From: Squalus acanthias
Taxonomy: Eukaryota
NCBI GenBank assembly: GCA_030390025.1
Contig: CM059426.1
Coordinates: forward strand, 126,046,001 to 126,110,000
Length of the DNA stretch: 64,000 nt
Direction: 5' to 3'
Shown here piece after piece: positions 24,370 through 37,494 of this stretch (its first letter is position 1; each line of letters opens with the position of its first letter). A model generated the notes under the pieces. That model saw nothing but the letters and a program-made list of their open reading frames with translations. It was not told where the DNA came from and ran no database searches. A program made the translations under genes and the position numbers.

Positions 24370-25210
24370 ATAAAAAAAACAGGACAGACAACTTGGCTGC
24401 AACCTAGGCATCGAATTAGGACATGGTAAAGGCATACCTAGCTCTGTCGACCCTCCAAATTCCTCCACACTAACATCTGGGGACTGGTGCCAAAGCTGGG
24501 AGAGCTGTTCTACGGGTCATTTCCAACAAGAGAACCCCATAGCACCTGCCCTTGACAGTCAATGGCATTACCATCGCTGAACCCCACCACATCAACATCC
24601 TGGGGATGACCATTGACCAGAAACGCAACTGGACCAGCCACATAAGTGTCATGGCTACTAGAGCAGATCAAAGGCTGGGTATTCTGTGTTGAATGGCTCA
24701 CCTCCTGACTCCTCAAAGCCTCTCAACCACCTGCAAGTTGTGTGATGGAATACTCTCCACTTGCCTGAATGGGTGCAGCTGCAGCAATACTCAAGAAGCT
24801 TGACACCATCCACTGCTTGATCTGCACCCCATCCACTAGTTTAAACATGCACTACCTCTACCACCAGCATCCTGTGGCTGCAGTCTGTACTATCTACAGG
24901 ATGCACTGCAGCAAATCGCCAAGGCTTCTTCGGCATACCTCCCAAACCCGTGACCTCCACCACCTAGAAGGACAAGGGCAGCAAGTGCATGGGAACACCA
25001 TCCCAACTTGGACATGTATTGCCATTCCTCTATCGTCACTGGGTCAAAATCCTGGAACTCCAAACCTAATAGCATTGTGGGAGCACCTTCACCACACAGA
25101 CTGCAGCAATTCAAGGAGATGGCTGACCACCACCTTCTAAATGGCAACTAGGATCTGGGCAATAAATGCCAACCTTATCAGTGATGCCAATATCTCGAGA
25201 ATGAGTAAAA
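24370..25210 (+). mobile_element. Degenerate LINE fragments (same family as 26445-27445)
   Basis: Nucleotide similarity to 26700-27440; LKKLDTI...VCTIYRMHCS. Confidence 0.75.
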
Positions 25211-26444
25211 TAAACTTGATTATGGTTTTCGATTTTAGCATTCAAATTTTTTTTTTTTAAATCGCTCTCTCCATCTCTTTTGCAGATTACTCACCACCAC
25301 ACATCCTTTTTCCAGCCACTGAGAGGGGCTAGAGGTGAAAAAACTCCACTACTTTCAAAAACATTACTCTGTTAATCAGCTTTATTAAAAGATGCCCTCC
25401 AGCAAATGGCATGTGTGAAGTAGCACAAAATAAGTTAGTTGAAACTCATGTCAGCGCAGTTCTGTGCCATCACATAGCCCTGCTGAAGTAACCGCAGGCA
25501 CCACTTGTGAAAACAATAAGCCCACAGCAACTCTAGTAAAGGAAACCTCCTGCACTGGCGCAGGTGCTTCATGATTAATCGCAGATACAGGTATAGGTTT
25601 TCTGTATCGCTTGCAGCTCACCAGTTGTTTATGTAGTCACCCATTGATGCTACTCCTTCAAACAAACACAGATGCACAAGAAGTAAGATCACCAGCAATG
25701 CATAGACCAAAACCATTACATAAGTGAATAAAATTTATTTAGAATAGAAAAAAGTAAAGGATGAGAAAAGGACATATAGCCGAACAAAGCTCATCCCTCT
25801 TCCATTACAACATCTGCCTCCATTTTGAACTTGTCCAATGTTTTTGCCTGCACCATCCAACGTGGCAGATTATTCCAGACATTTTACACTCCAAGTAAAG
25901 AAGTTTTTCTAATATCCGTTTTAAATTTACTATTCACTAATTTAAATTTTTTTTTTTTTGGTTCTACCGTCCTGGTTTACTTTAAAGTAATATTTTGGGT
26001 TTACTTTGTCTACACCATTTAATATTTTATGTATCTCAATGAAGTTTTCCTTTCACTTTCTTCTCCTTTGCATGTGGGATCAGATTTTTTAAGCAGTCTA
26101 TCCATCTTCCATTATGCAGAAAGGAACGCAATGATTGTCCAAAAAATGTTTAAACAAAGTGGCTGATTCCAGAGATGTCCCTTGTTCATGGTTGGAAGGA
26201 CCCTGTGGTGTGCTTTGTCAATAGTTGACTGTCCATCCTTGTCTTCATAGACCAGGTTGGACACACAGCCTCCCTGGTCAGCCGAGCCTCTCCAACACAG
26301 CTACTCTACCCATATCCAGATAGACTGGCTGCCTGGGGTAGTACCCCTTGCAAGTCATGCACTTCCTTTGTCCTCTATGCTCTTGGGCAGCCTTCCCCTA
26401 GCTCTACTATAAACATACTGCCAATGATCTATGAGCATTGACAG

Positions 26445-27445
26445 CCACAGAATATCGCTGCAGGAGTTCCTCAGGGCAGTGTCCTGGGCCCAACCATCTT
26501 CAGCTGCTTCATCAATGACCTCTCCTCCATCATAAGGTCAGAAGTGGGGATGTTTGCTGATGATTGCAGTGTGCAGTTCCATTCGCAACTCCTCAGATAA
26601 TGAAGCAGTCCATGTCCGAATGCAGCAAAACCTGGATGACATTCAGGCTTGGGCTGATAAGTGACAAGTAACATTCGCACCGCACAAATGTCAGGCAATG
26701 ACTATCTCCAACAAGCGAGAGTCTAACCACCACCCCTTGACATTCAACGGCATTACCATCACCGAATTTCCTACCATCAACATCCTGGGGGTCACCATTG
26801 ACCAGAAACTTAACTGGACCAGCCACAAATACTGTGGCTACAAGAGCAGGTCAGAGGCTGGGTATTCTTCAGCGAGTGTCTCACCTCTTGAACTTCCCAA
26901 AGCCTTTCCACCATCTACAAGGCACAAGTCGGGAGTGTGATGGAATACTCTCCACTTGCCTGGATGAGTGCAGCTCCAACAACACTCAAGAAGCTTGACA
27001 CCATTCAGGACAAAACAGCCCGCTTGATTGGCACCCCATCCACCACCTTAAACATTCACTCCCTGCACCACCGGCGCACCATCGTTGCAGTGTGTACCAT
27101 CTACAAGATGTACTGCAGCAACTCGCCAAGGCTTCTTTGGCAGCACATCCCACGACCTCTACCACCTAGAAGGACAAGGGCAGCAGGCGCATGGGAACAC
27201 CATCACCTGCAAGTTCCCCTCCAAGTCACACACCATCCTGACTTGGAAGTATATCGCCGATCCTTCATTGTCACTGGGTCAAAATCCTGGAACTCCCTCC
27301 CTAACAGCACTGTGGGAATAACTTCACCACAAAGACTGCAGCGGTTCAAGAAGACGGCTCACCACCACCTTCTCAAGGGCAATTAGGGATGGGCAATAAA
27401 TGCTGGCCTTGCCAGCGACGTCCACATCCCAGGAACTAATAAAAA
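26445..27445 (+). mobile_element. LINE 3' end (second CR1/L2-group family)
   Basis: GVPQGSVLGP, FADDC, MEYSPLAW...HHHLLKGN*, then the 3' UTR gggcaataaatgctggccttgccagcg. Confidence 0.88.
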
Positions 27446-27856
27446 TCTGCCATGATCTGTGACCAAAAAAAATACCTCTGTATTGTTTATTTCTGTGAAG
27501 ATAACTTAATAAGTGGAAAGATTTTAAACTAACTCCAGATCTAAAAATAAGTAAAATACTGACTTTTCAAATTTGACTGAACAGATCAGAATACTGCATG
27601 AGTAAATCATTAAAGATGTTAACAAACAAAAAACTGTATTCTCTTTGTTAGTTCTAATTAAGCCAATTTTGGTGAGGTTAGGAATCCACAATTCACTGCT
27701 AAGTATGAGTGAATAGTCCATTTGTGACTTCTACCAATATACCACCACGTTACTCTTATTAATTAAAAAAAAATTAAAACTAGCTAACGGAGCAAAACAT
27801 GGTAAGTGGTTGAAAGGCCTGATAACGTGACTGACTGATGTAGATAGATAACTTAC

Positions 27857-27986
27857 CATATGTCTAAAATAAGAAGCGTTGCTACAATAGCAAACACCCC
27901 ATCACTGAAAGCTTCCACACGCTCTTTGCTCAGTGGCTCGTTTGGATGAAATGTGTAAAATGGCACTCTCTGCGGTTCTTTTGGAC
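27857..27986 (-). CDS. TMEM175: TMEM175 coding exon 9 (GPKEPQ...EPLSKERVEAFSDGVFAIVATLLILDI, 130 nt)
   Basis: atgcaag|GT...TG|gtaagt; contains the second RxxxFSD signature (RVEAFSD). Confidence 0.96.
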
Positions 27987-28396
27987 CTTGCATAAAACAG
28001 AAAATGTAAATAAACCTTTGTTTTTTTCTCTTCCCCCACTCAACATGTATATATTTCAATTTAAAGCAAGAAAATCACAGAATTTTCATTAAAACAGATG
28101 TAAAATTTGTACTCCTATAGTTTTTGTTTGAATTATCCCCCTTGTCACTTCCAACCACGGCTCCTCATTCCTCAAGAGAAAGATAGATAGTTTAGTTGTA
28201 AACTTCTCCACAATCACTGCCTCACTCCACTATCTGACAATGGTGGGAGGTGGGGGCAGAGAAAGACATCTTGCTGTTCCAAATAGCAGTTGTCCCTCCC
28301 TAGGATTGAGGTTTCTAAGTGGAATAATATAGCTATAAACATGCAGGAAATGTTTGAAAGTGGCTTTGCACTATAAGTAACATTTCATAAACTCAC

Positions 28397-28475
28397 CCTT
28401 TATCTGGTTTCTACACCACTGTGTACACTGAGTAATATATGGGAGAAAGATGACGAGAGCAAGCACTGCATACGC
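28397..28475 (-). CDS. TMEM175: TMEM175 coding exon 8 (AYAVLALVIFLPYITQCTQWCRNQIK, 79 nt)
   Basis: ttttcacag|GCG...AAG G|gtgagt; aligns with human SYLLMVTVILLPYVSKVTGWCRDRLL. Confidence 0.94.
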
Positions 28476-30885
28476 CTGTGAAAAAGAAAGTTGTCAATAA
28501 TAAAAAGCAATGAGAGATCATACCATAATACAGCATAAATATGATGCTGTTGGTAATCTCATTTTACATGAAAATACAAAATAGCCAAAAGCATACAGCA
28601 CAAAAGGAGGCCATTCAGCCCATATGATGACACTACCTTTAATCCACCTATTATATAATAAAGATATACTCTGTCACTGTACCATTGTATAAAGGAACAG
28701 GAGAAAATGTATCCCCACGAGTGCTGCACCGCAATGGAGTGCAGAATCAGCCCTATTTATTTAAAACACTGCATCAGTTCAACACAAAGCATAATCCATA
28801 CCTGCAAGTGAATGCAAAGATATTCACTCCTATTCGAACTAGTGAGGGTATTGCTAAGAGTGAATCCATAAACTATAAACCTCATGAACTTTATGAATAT
28901 CACTAGAAGATAAAGGGGGCTTTGAGCTTTTTTTTCTTCCAAGATCATGTTGAATCACTTGTTGATTATTTCATAGATCTGTGTCTGAACCGTCAGTACC
29001 CACTTTTTAAAAACTGTCCAGAGGCTATCTGGAACTTCATATGTTGTGGGAGTCACACAAAAATTAAATTAACATACTTTTATGGCCTCTTCGTGGCTGG
29101 AACTAACTTATAAAGCATGGAAGTGGGAGGAGAATATTATCTTCCAACCAGTTTGTCCAACAACGGCTAACAGTATGTTTTACACATTTCCATGATGTTC
29201 CCTGAATTGTGCTTCATAGGGATAATCAACAGACCACAGGTTGAGATATACATCTGCTCCAGGTTTTCTTTTGGTGCATTAGGAGGCATAAAAATATAGT
29301 GCAACTGGAGACAATAACAAAAACAGGTATCACATGAACTTGACCCCAATAGTTACAAAAACTTGGACAAATTGGCCATTTCCTGTGGAGATATGATTGG
29401 CAAGTTATGCCAAAATGTCATGCAAAATTCACGTCCATTTTATGCCAACATTTCCTGCCAATCTCATTGCATACGCTGGAACATAAAAATGAGCGTAAAT
29501 AATCGGGGTCCAAGGATAGCGTGAAACTCACACTATATATTTTTTCTTTAAGTATGTAAATTAATGTTTGAAGCCATGTTACCACAATTTTTGCCTATTA
29601 GGCAAAGCATGTTTAAGAAAATGCAATCATGGAAGTTTTTCAATATAAATGTGACTTATTCGGACACCATAAAAGTGCATTCACTGAAAATATAGTGCAG
29701 GTCTCAGTGAAGAGAAATATATCTAAAGAAACCTGTAAAAATTACTATAAAACACCAGAAATATGACTTTGGGTCTTGCTGCATCTAAAATGTTGGGCTT
29801 AAATTTACACCCATTTTGAAACAGCGTATTTGCAGGAAATTTCCGTCTTTCACATGGGGTGGAGCGATGTTAATAAGCAAAGGGCAGAGGTTTTGAAGAA
29901 CTGACGTAAAAGATAAGGAAATTTGGGCATGGTGTGAGAACAGGCGTATGTCACTTATGCCTGAATTTTCTCGACCTCCTGCGCCAGAAATCAGCATTAC
30001 GCCGATTATGCATTTGTTTAGATGCAAATTTACAGGAAATTTCGGGTCATTGTAGTAAGCTACCAACACGCAACACAGATTTTTTATAGCCTAATGTAAA
30101 CTCCAGTAATCGTAGTTCTGCCAGTGATGGTTAACAATGTATTAGAACTTTTGCATAAAAGAGATAGCTTGCCAGGTGATTATGCTCTCAGAGTTCCCTG
30201 AGCAGAGGGAGTCATACACAAAGACAGGAAACAGTTTCAGCATACTTCTTTGAGGGATCCACTGTATTTGGAATAGCAGTAAGACTATGAATATCTATTT
30301 ATCATGACACAGCATTTTAGTCTTCTGTGGAAGATATGTATTTGGTTCAGCAGGTCACTAGATATGCCACAAGAGGCTAGCTTCTCAATGAGACCTGAAT
30401 ATTATACTCTATTAAAGGCTCTTGAAATTGTGAGGGCTGATGTTTCAACTCATGCTAAAATTATTCAATTTCTAGACGACAAGATGGGGAGCATCATAAG
30501 TTGATCAATTTACTTTAAAACTAAATTAGTGATAAGACAGTAGACCACCTTACAGCGACTCTGATGTTGCAAAAGCTTTTCATTCACTTTGCTTTCTATT
30601 TTTTTGCCATAATTAGCAGTACGATACTGGTCTATAGCATTCAGAGTCTGATTTGGATTTGTTTTTTTGGTCAGCACAATTGTTACAGCTTTCTACTCAC
30701 ATGGGACAATGGCAGTTGGCAGGCAAAGTTAAAATAGATGAAGCAGAGAAGCTGTTGGCTCCTCAAATTGAATCAGAGCATCTGCACTATCAGAACTAGC
30801 AGCTTTTATGAGATCATTCTTTTGTCTGGCTGATCTTAATTTAACCAATTGAATTAATACACGTTAAGGGAAAAAAAAAACTTAC

Positions 30886-31050
30886 CACTGGGCAATAGAT
30901 GAAAGACAAGATCCCTGCTATAAGGAAGAGAGCTGGAGCTCGTAAAGTCATCTTTAAAATTTGGTACTTATAAGAAACTTGATTGTCTGATGCACATATA
31001 TGGGCATTCAATAAGTAAGGTCGGCGGAATCCATAAATCACAATTACAGC
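30886..31050 (-). CDS. TMEM175: TMEM175 coding exon 7 (AVIVIYGFRRPYLL...ILSFIYCPV, 165 nt)
   Basis: ataacag|GCT...GTG|gtaagt; aligns with human ALIVGYAFHFPHLL...FSLFFVPL. Confidence 0.95.
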
Positions 31051-32842
31051 CTGTTATGGAATTAGAAGGAGGAGAAGTTAGCTCTATGAAGTTACTTACT
31101 AACAGTTACAGAGCACATCATTATCATTTGAGTGTGCTAGTTATATGACATCCAAAAGTACAGATTTTTCTCCTTTCTTAATTTCTCAGTGCCTCATGTA
31201 GATATACACTTCATGGATGGCAGCAGCACTAGTGAGTGAGTCTCGACAGTTGGATTCAGCAGGCCTCTTACCTCTGGGGAGAACAGTAGAACCTGAGTCT
31301 GTCTGTGCCCAAAGTCCATACATGCATATTTTATAGCAGCAGTCAATGAAGAGAGATCAGGAATAGGAACCGCGGTTGATTTTTTTCCCCTTTCCTCATC
31401 CAAGGACATTGAGGGCAACTGTAGTATGCCCATTGGTGCTGAAGTTAAAAAATCAAGCAGTTCAGCACAAACTATGGATCAAACCTCAGAGCTTTTTATT
31501 GTGTGTGACTCAGTGCAACACAACATGGTGCATTTACCCATTGAGCCATCATGAAGCTGTCAAAGTTCTAAGCACATGCAATTATCCTCTTGATCAATGT
31601 AAACAAAATGTTTTGTAATTTTGTAATCAATAATATGACTATGTCATAAGATACTGTTTAACAGAAAACTGCAGACAATAAAACATGGCAAAAGAGGTAA
31701 ACTGAGTGGTGCACTGAGTCAACACACTGGCCTGTCACCTGTGCGATCTACCAAATCCAATTCAAACAGATGGGATGACATTTTCCCCTTTCTGTTGGCT
31801 ACAAGGGCTTGCACAGTCTCAACCTAGTTCCTGGTGAACATAGGGCCACAGCCCAAACTGCCATAAGTAATCTCACATGCAGAGGCCACAATTTAAATAA
31901 AATGTATTCTACTGATGCACAAATTTAGTATAATGCATTTAATCAATAACATCCAACATTTCTCACAATGGCTCAGTTCAGAATGAAACAATAGAGTAAG
32001 CTTTTATTTTGCTTTCAATAAGCTAGTCATACTCCTTTTGGGTGAATGAGACCACAAAAGCAGTATTGTTACACAGAAGTTCATGTGTGCAAATAAAAAT
32101 TCTTGTTCAGTACAATCTACAAGCAAAAATGCAGAACTTCCACCATGCAGCTTTAAAGATATATATTTAACATAACATTCGCTGTTCAGAATAAAATGTA
32201 AAAACACTACTAAAAGTAAAGTCCACTATTGCATGCTATTCCGAATGTTTATCCTGGAATTAATACTTTATAGAGCAGTTCCACCAATACAAATATAAAG
32301 TGCAGATATTATAATGTATGGCTCATTTTGAGGCAATTTACTAATAAATAAGTTACATGGCCTAAGGAGCCCAACGAGTGAGTGCAAGCTGGCTTATGCA
32401 GTTTATATTTCAGCAAACCATGAAGCCAAGGATTTAGGACTTGTTATATTTGGCTTAAAATTCAATATTAAGAAAGTAGTTCAAGATAATTTTTGCAAGA
32501 GGCAGAAGCCTGATAAAGATCTCAAGTTGAATAATGCAATCGCTTAGTGACTTAGATCAGTGGTAGTTGTCAGAACATGGCCAGAGTGATTGGAAAGAGA
32601 GACTATGGGTCAGAGAGAAGCAAATAAGAAAGACTGGGATAGAGTAATACAGTATTGCAATATGCAAAGCTAGCCATGGAGAAATGGAGATACTTTGGCC
32701 CGGATATTAACTCAGAGGCGGGGTGGGAGCTGGGGGGGGGGGGGGGGGGGCAGTTTAACGGTCGAGAAGCCTGGAAGAATGGGTTTCCCTCAGGTCCTGA
32801 CGAATTTAACGGCAGGACCTAATTAGCATTTTTGGAATTACA

Positions 32843-34160
32843 ATAGAAAATGCTGGAAATACTCAGCAGGTCAGGCAACATCTGCGGAGTGAGAAACAGA
32901 GTTAACGTTTCAGGTATTTGACCTTTCGTCAGAACTGAGGATATAAAAATATTTTACGGTCGAGGGCCCTGTCGACCACAGTGCAGGGGAATCCTTGGTT
33001 GAGGAAAAAGGAAGACATATCGAAACCACTGGTATGGAAGGTGGCATCGTCAGAACAGATGCGACGGAGAAACTGGGAGAATGGAATAGGGTCCTTACCA
33101 AAGCGGGGTGGGAGGAAGTGTAGTCAAGGTAGCTGTGGGAGTCAGTGGGCTTATAGTGGATGTTGGTCAATAGCCTATCCCCAGAAATGGAGACAGGGAA
33201 GTCGAGAAAGGGAAGAATTGGAGATGGACCAGGTGAAGGCGAGGGAAGGGTAGAAATTGGAAGCAAAGTTGATGAAATTTTTCAGTTCAGGGCGAGAGCA
33301 GGAATTGGATCTGATAACGTCATCAATGTACCGGAGAAAGAGGTGAGGGAGGGGACTCGAGTAGGACTGGAACAAAGAATGTTCCATATATCCTATGAAA
33401 AGGCAGGCATAGCTAGGACCCGTACGGTTTCCCATAGCAACACCTTTTTTATTTGGAGCATGCGAGTGGAGTCAAAGGAGAAGTTGTTCAATGTGAGAAC
33501 AAGTTCAGCCAGGTGGAGGAGGGTGTAGGTGAATGGGGACTGGTTGGGTCTCCGTTCAAGGAAGAAGTGGAGAGCCCTCTGGCCATCCTGGTGGGGATGG
33601 AGGTGTAGAGGGATTAGACGTCCATGGTGAAAAGGAGAAGGTTAGGGCCAGGAAATTGGAAACTGCTAACGTGGCGGAGGGTGTCGGAAAAAATCGAAGA
33701 TGTAGGTAGGAGGAGACTGGACAAGGGGAGAAAAAAAAGTCAAGATCGGAAGAAATCAGTTCCATGGGGCAAGAACAGACTGAAAAGATGGGTCTACCAG
33801 GGAAGTCCTGTTTATGGATTTTGGGAAGGAGGTAGAAGCAGGCTGTGCGAGGTTGGGATCTATGAGGTTGGAGGCTGTGGAAGGAAGATCTCCAGAGGAG
33901 ATGAGGTCAGTGATAGTCTTGGAAACAATGGCTTGATGTACAGTGATGGGCTCATGGTCCAGAGAGAGGTAGGAGGAGGTCTCAGAGAGTTGGCGTTCAG
34001 TCTCCGCAAAGTAGAGGGGTCCAGTTCTAACGAAAGGTCATCGACCTGAAACGTTAACTCTATTTCTCTCTCTGCAGATGCTACCTGACCTGCTGAGTAT
34101 TTCTAGCATTTTCTGTTTTTATTTCAGATTTCCAGCACCCTCAGTATTTTGCATTTGTAT
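32843..34160 (-). mobile_element. Penelope-like element: RT fragment between inverted pLTRs (family 2)
   Basis: GPSYACLFIGYMEHSLF...FLRYIDD and IHYKPTDSHSYLDYTSSHP (PLE-type RT); inverted terminal repeats at 32843-32937 and 34022-34160. Confidence 0.88.
32900..32936 (-). ncRNA. Minimal hammerhead motif in a family-2 pLTR
   Basis: agtt-CTGACGA-a-aggt(caaat)acct-GAAA-cgtt-aact. The opposite arm (34023-34059) has a mutated core, CTAACGA. Confidence 0.6.
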
Positions 34161-34668
34161 CCCATTACTGGCATTCTGTTGCATAGTTTTAATTATTATG
34201 CCAACAGAAACACAGATTTTCACATTAGAAAAATAAAAATTAATTCTATTAGTGCACACTTGTTTCTCCCCTGTATCAGAGGGCCACTTCAGAAATCAGG
34301 AAAACAAATTATGGCCCTGATCTTCAGGGGTCCAGGCCCTAATCCTGGCATGTACCTCCTTTGAGCCCCACCACTGCTGGGTGTCCTTGAGGTATGTCTG
34401 GTGGGACCAAGCTTAACTATGTCGGGTCCTGCCTGAGGGAGACTCCACTGCCATACACTTATGGTCTTGTAGGGGCAGGCGGTGGCTCCATCCCCACAAG
34501 ATTATCCTGGAAACTGTAACATAATGTAACCTGTTGTATCTGAGTTCCAGCAGATTTTGTGGCCATTCAGTGGATTCCGATGGAATGGCCAAGGAACTTC
34601 AGCCCCACAATGTTAATCCCTTTCTGCAAGATTGCAACAAGACACATCAATATGCATTTAATCCATAC

Positions 34669-34752
34669 CTGAATTAATCCAATGATAATTGCACAAACAC
34701 AAAATGATAGAATTCCAAGTGGGTCATCTGGAAATGAGGCCATCAGAGAAAA
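34669..34752 (-). CDS. TMEM175: TMEM175 coding exon 6 (FSLMASFPDDPLGILSFCVCAIIIGLIQ, 84 nt)
   Basis: tttttcctag|TTT...CAG|gtatgg; matches human FSLMVTFPDVPLGIFLFCVCVIAIGVVQ. Confidence 0.96.
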
Positions 34753-35113
34753 CTAGGAAAAATGTTTTAATAACAAGTTTCAGTGGATTGTAGATATTAG
34801 ACTTTGCATTTTTAGAGTATTTGTTAAAGCCTAACAAGAAAATCTGTAATTCAACACTGATATGAATTAAATTTTCTAAAATTCTAACTACCACTAAATC
34901 AAAGTATAACGTGCCTTAACAGGGAGTGTATTTTATGAACTTATAAAAAGTTTTACTGCGCAAAATTATCCATTTGAAAATTAAAGATATCAAAGCAATG
35001 TGCATTTTCTCAAAAGCAATATATTAAAAAAAGTAACTGCTTTAAAACATAACGGCATGTCCTATTCATATATATTGTAGATGTTGCAGCTTCTACAGTA
35101 TATATTTACTTAC

Positions 35114-35149
35114 TGTATAAGGCAGGAAGGTTATGAGCATCATACATGC
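35114..35149 (-). CDS. TMEM175: TMEM175 coding exon 5 (ACMMLITFLPYT, 36 nt)
   Basis: tttttag|GCA...ACA|gtaagt; matches human ACMMTITFLPYT. Confidence 0.96.
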
Positions 35150-35660
35150 CTAAAAAAACAGAAATATTACACCACTTTAGATACCAATACAGACTGAGGC
35201 TGCGATTTAGGAGACCAATACCAAATAAGGCTGCTGCTAAGTATTACTTTTGCTTCAATACAAAGCGGTTTAAGATTTACACCGATGAAAAAATGCAGTG
35301 TAATTGGAGAGTCAAGTCTCAATCTGACTCCTGAGTGACTGAAACTACAAGACGCTAAACCCCCTCCAGTAGATAGTCTCACACCACTTGGGCTTTGCAT
35401 CGGGTGCAGCACAACTTCAGCTCAGTGTGAACTCCTGTTTTAACAGTGACTTGGTGGGCACTTTTTAAATGTAGTATGAAATCTGTTGAACAGAGATGCT
35501 CCTGCTCAGACTCTCCCAACAAAAAATTAGCCACAAAGGGAACCCAGACTCACTTGGCACTAAACTCAATGTAAGATGTAACTGGCAGTGCAATTCAGGT
35601 CTGTTGGCTGCACATTACACTGTATAGATAACCATAAAAGACAAGTCTATTTAAAATCAT

Positions 35661-36151
35661 AAAGAAAGAACTTGTATTTATATAGCACCTTGCACGACTT
35701 CAGGACGCCCCAAAGCACTGTATAACCAATTAAGTACTTTTGAAGTGTAGTCACTGTTGTAATGTAGGCAACTTTCTCCCCACCCTGCTTTATTGGAAAG
35801 GGGGAGAAACTCCAGTAACCCAGCATGGTCCCACAAACAGCATGGTCCCACAAACAGCAATGTGATAATAACCAGATAATCTGTTTGTTAGTGATGTTGG
35901 TTGAGGGATAAATATTGGCCAGGATACTGGGAAGAACTCTCCTGGTCTTCTTCAAATTAGTGCCATGGGATGTTTTACATCCACCTGAAAGGGTTTAGCG
36001 TCTCATCCGAAAGACGGCACCTCTGACAGTGTAGCACGCCCTCCGTACTGCACTGGAGTGTCAGCCTAGATTGTTGTGCTCAAGTCTCTGGAGTGGGGCT
36101 TGAACCCACAACCTTCTGACTCAGAGGCGAGTGTGCTACCAATGAGCCACG
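35661..36151 (-). mobile_element. tRNA-derived SINE (same family as 18526) carrying a 53-bp foreign insert
   Basis: Colinear with 18526-18992 except for 35771-35823. Confidence 0.85.
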
Positions 36152-36987
36152 GATGAGACCATGACAGCCTATAACACCATACATTATATGCAAGTTATGA
36201 AGAAATATTTGCCAATTTTGATGAATTCTGCTGATCTTACTGTTCTGCAATGCTGCTCTTATACTCCTATAATACTGGTGCTGTTTTCTGAGCAATGTGA
36301 ACAGACAGCACAGAATATCATCTTCTCACTCTCAGGACAGATGATGACCCAGGAGATCTGCATGTGCATGCTTAATACGTATACACTTCAAGAGTGACAG
36401 TTTCAACCTTTTTTTATTACAAAGTTCCACTTTTTTCTTTGTATTTTTTCTCACCTGAATGCACTGACACCTTACTGGAGAATGGTTCTACAGTAGCCAG
36501 TTGCCTTCCATTAGCTCACCTAAGTGGTATGAAAATAAGTAGCAGCAGATAATTCGACATGGAGAACACCGCAGTTGAGCACGATCCTATCTACACACTC
36601 ACTTTTAGCAGTGGAATGACCCAGCTGATTTTCCTCTCCCTAACCCTGGGACCAACTGTAGTACCCCTACCATTACTATGCTTGCTGAGATCAACTAGCT
36701 CAGCATAGATAGAGGACTTTACCTGGAACCTTCCTGGTCTCTGTGGCACAACTACTCGCTGCCATTTCAGATCAGGATGAAACTGGTAGCAATACACTCT
36801 TGCACGGAATTCAATACAAAAGTACAACCATAGCACTGGGAACAATTTCAATGTGGAATTTAAAAAGTCAGTATCTGATGAATGACAGCAAGTTACAGCT
36901 ACTCTTTCACAATCGTGAACAACACTTGAGTTTACTTTAGTTGGTATGATATTCAGAGGCAGATTGTAGTGAAGATTGTATACTCAC

Positions 36988-37039
36988 CAAATTGAGAAGA
37001 GCAAGAACATCATCTATTCGTTCAATCACTTGGAACAAT
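36988..37039 (-). CDS. TMEM175: TMEM175 coding exon 4 (LFQVIERIDDVLALLNL, 52 nt)
   Basis: ttttgatag|A...TTG|gtgagt; frame continues from exon 3. Confidence 0.96.
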
Positions 37040-37332
37040 CTATCAAAAATTTGATATTTAAAAATTACAGTTCTGTATTCATAAGTAATGCAAATTTTAA
37101 AAATAAAACTGTAAATAGGAAATACTTCAAAGTAGGAATGCATTATGCCATCATATTCATACTAATAAAACTTGGTGGTGTGCCTGAAACTATTAGCTGC
37201 AACATTTCTTCACATAACATACAGTAATAAGGGGCCCTGCACTCATCTATGATTTGGTCTGCTGAGCACAGTACTTGTTTCTACAGTAAGATAACAATTA
37301 AACTGCACCGCAGTTATAAAAACAGTATTTAC

Positions 37333-37430
37333 CTGATATGCGAGGCCCAAGCTACAGTCACTATTAAAAATGTCATAATGTAGACAGCTATCTTGGTTGC
37401 AAGAAGCTGCTGAAGACTTTCTTCCAGTTC
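37333..37430 (-). CDS. TMEM175: TMEM175 coding exon 3 (ELEESLQQLLATKIAVYIMTFLIVTVAWASHIR, 98 nt)
   Basis: ctag|GAA...AG|gtaaat; matches human LLATRIAVYLMTFLIVTVAWAAHTR. Confidence 0.96.
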
Positions 37431-37494
37431 CTAGTTTAGAAAATATAATGATGTTATCTGGCAGTGGATGTTACCAAAATGTACACACATACTA

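Noticed and set aside
34023-34059. Functional hammerhead
   Set aside because: The core reads CTAACGA (G5 mutated), so it is predicted inactive. The 39698 copy likewise lost its stem III palindrome.
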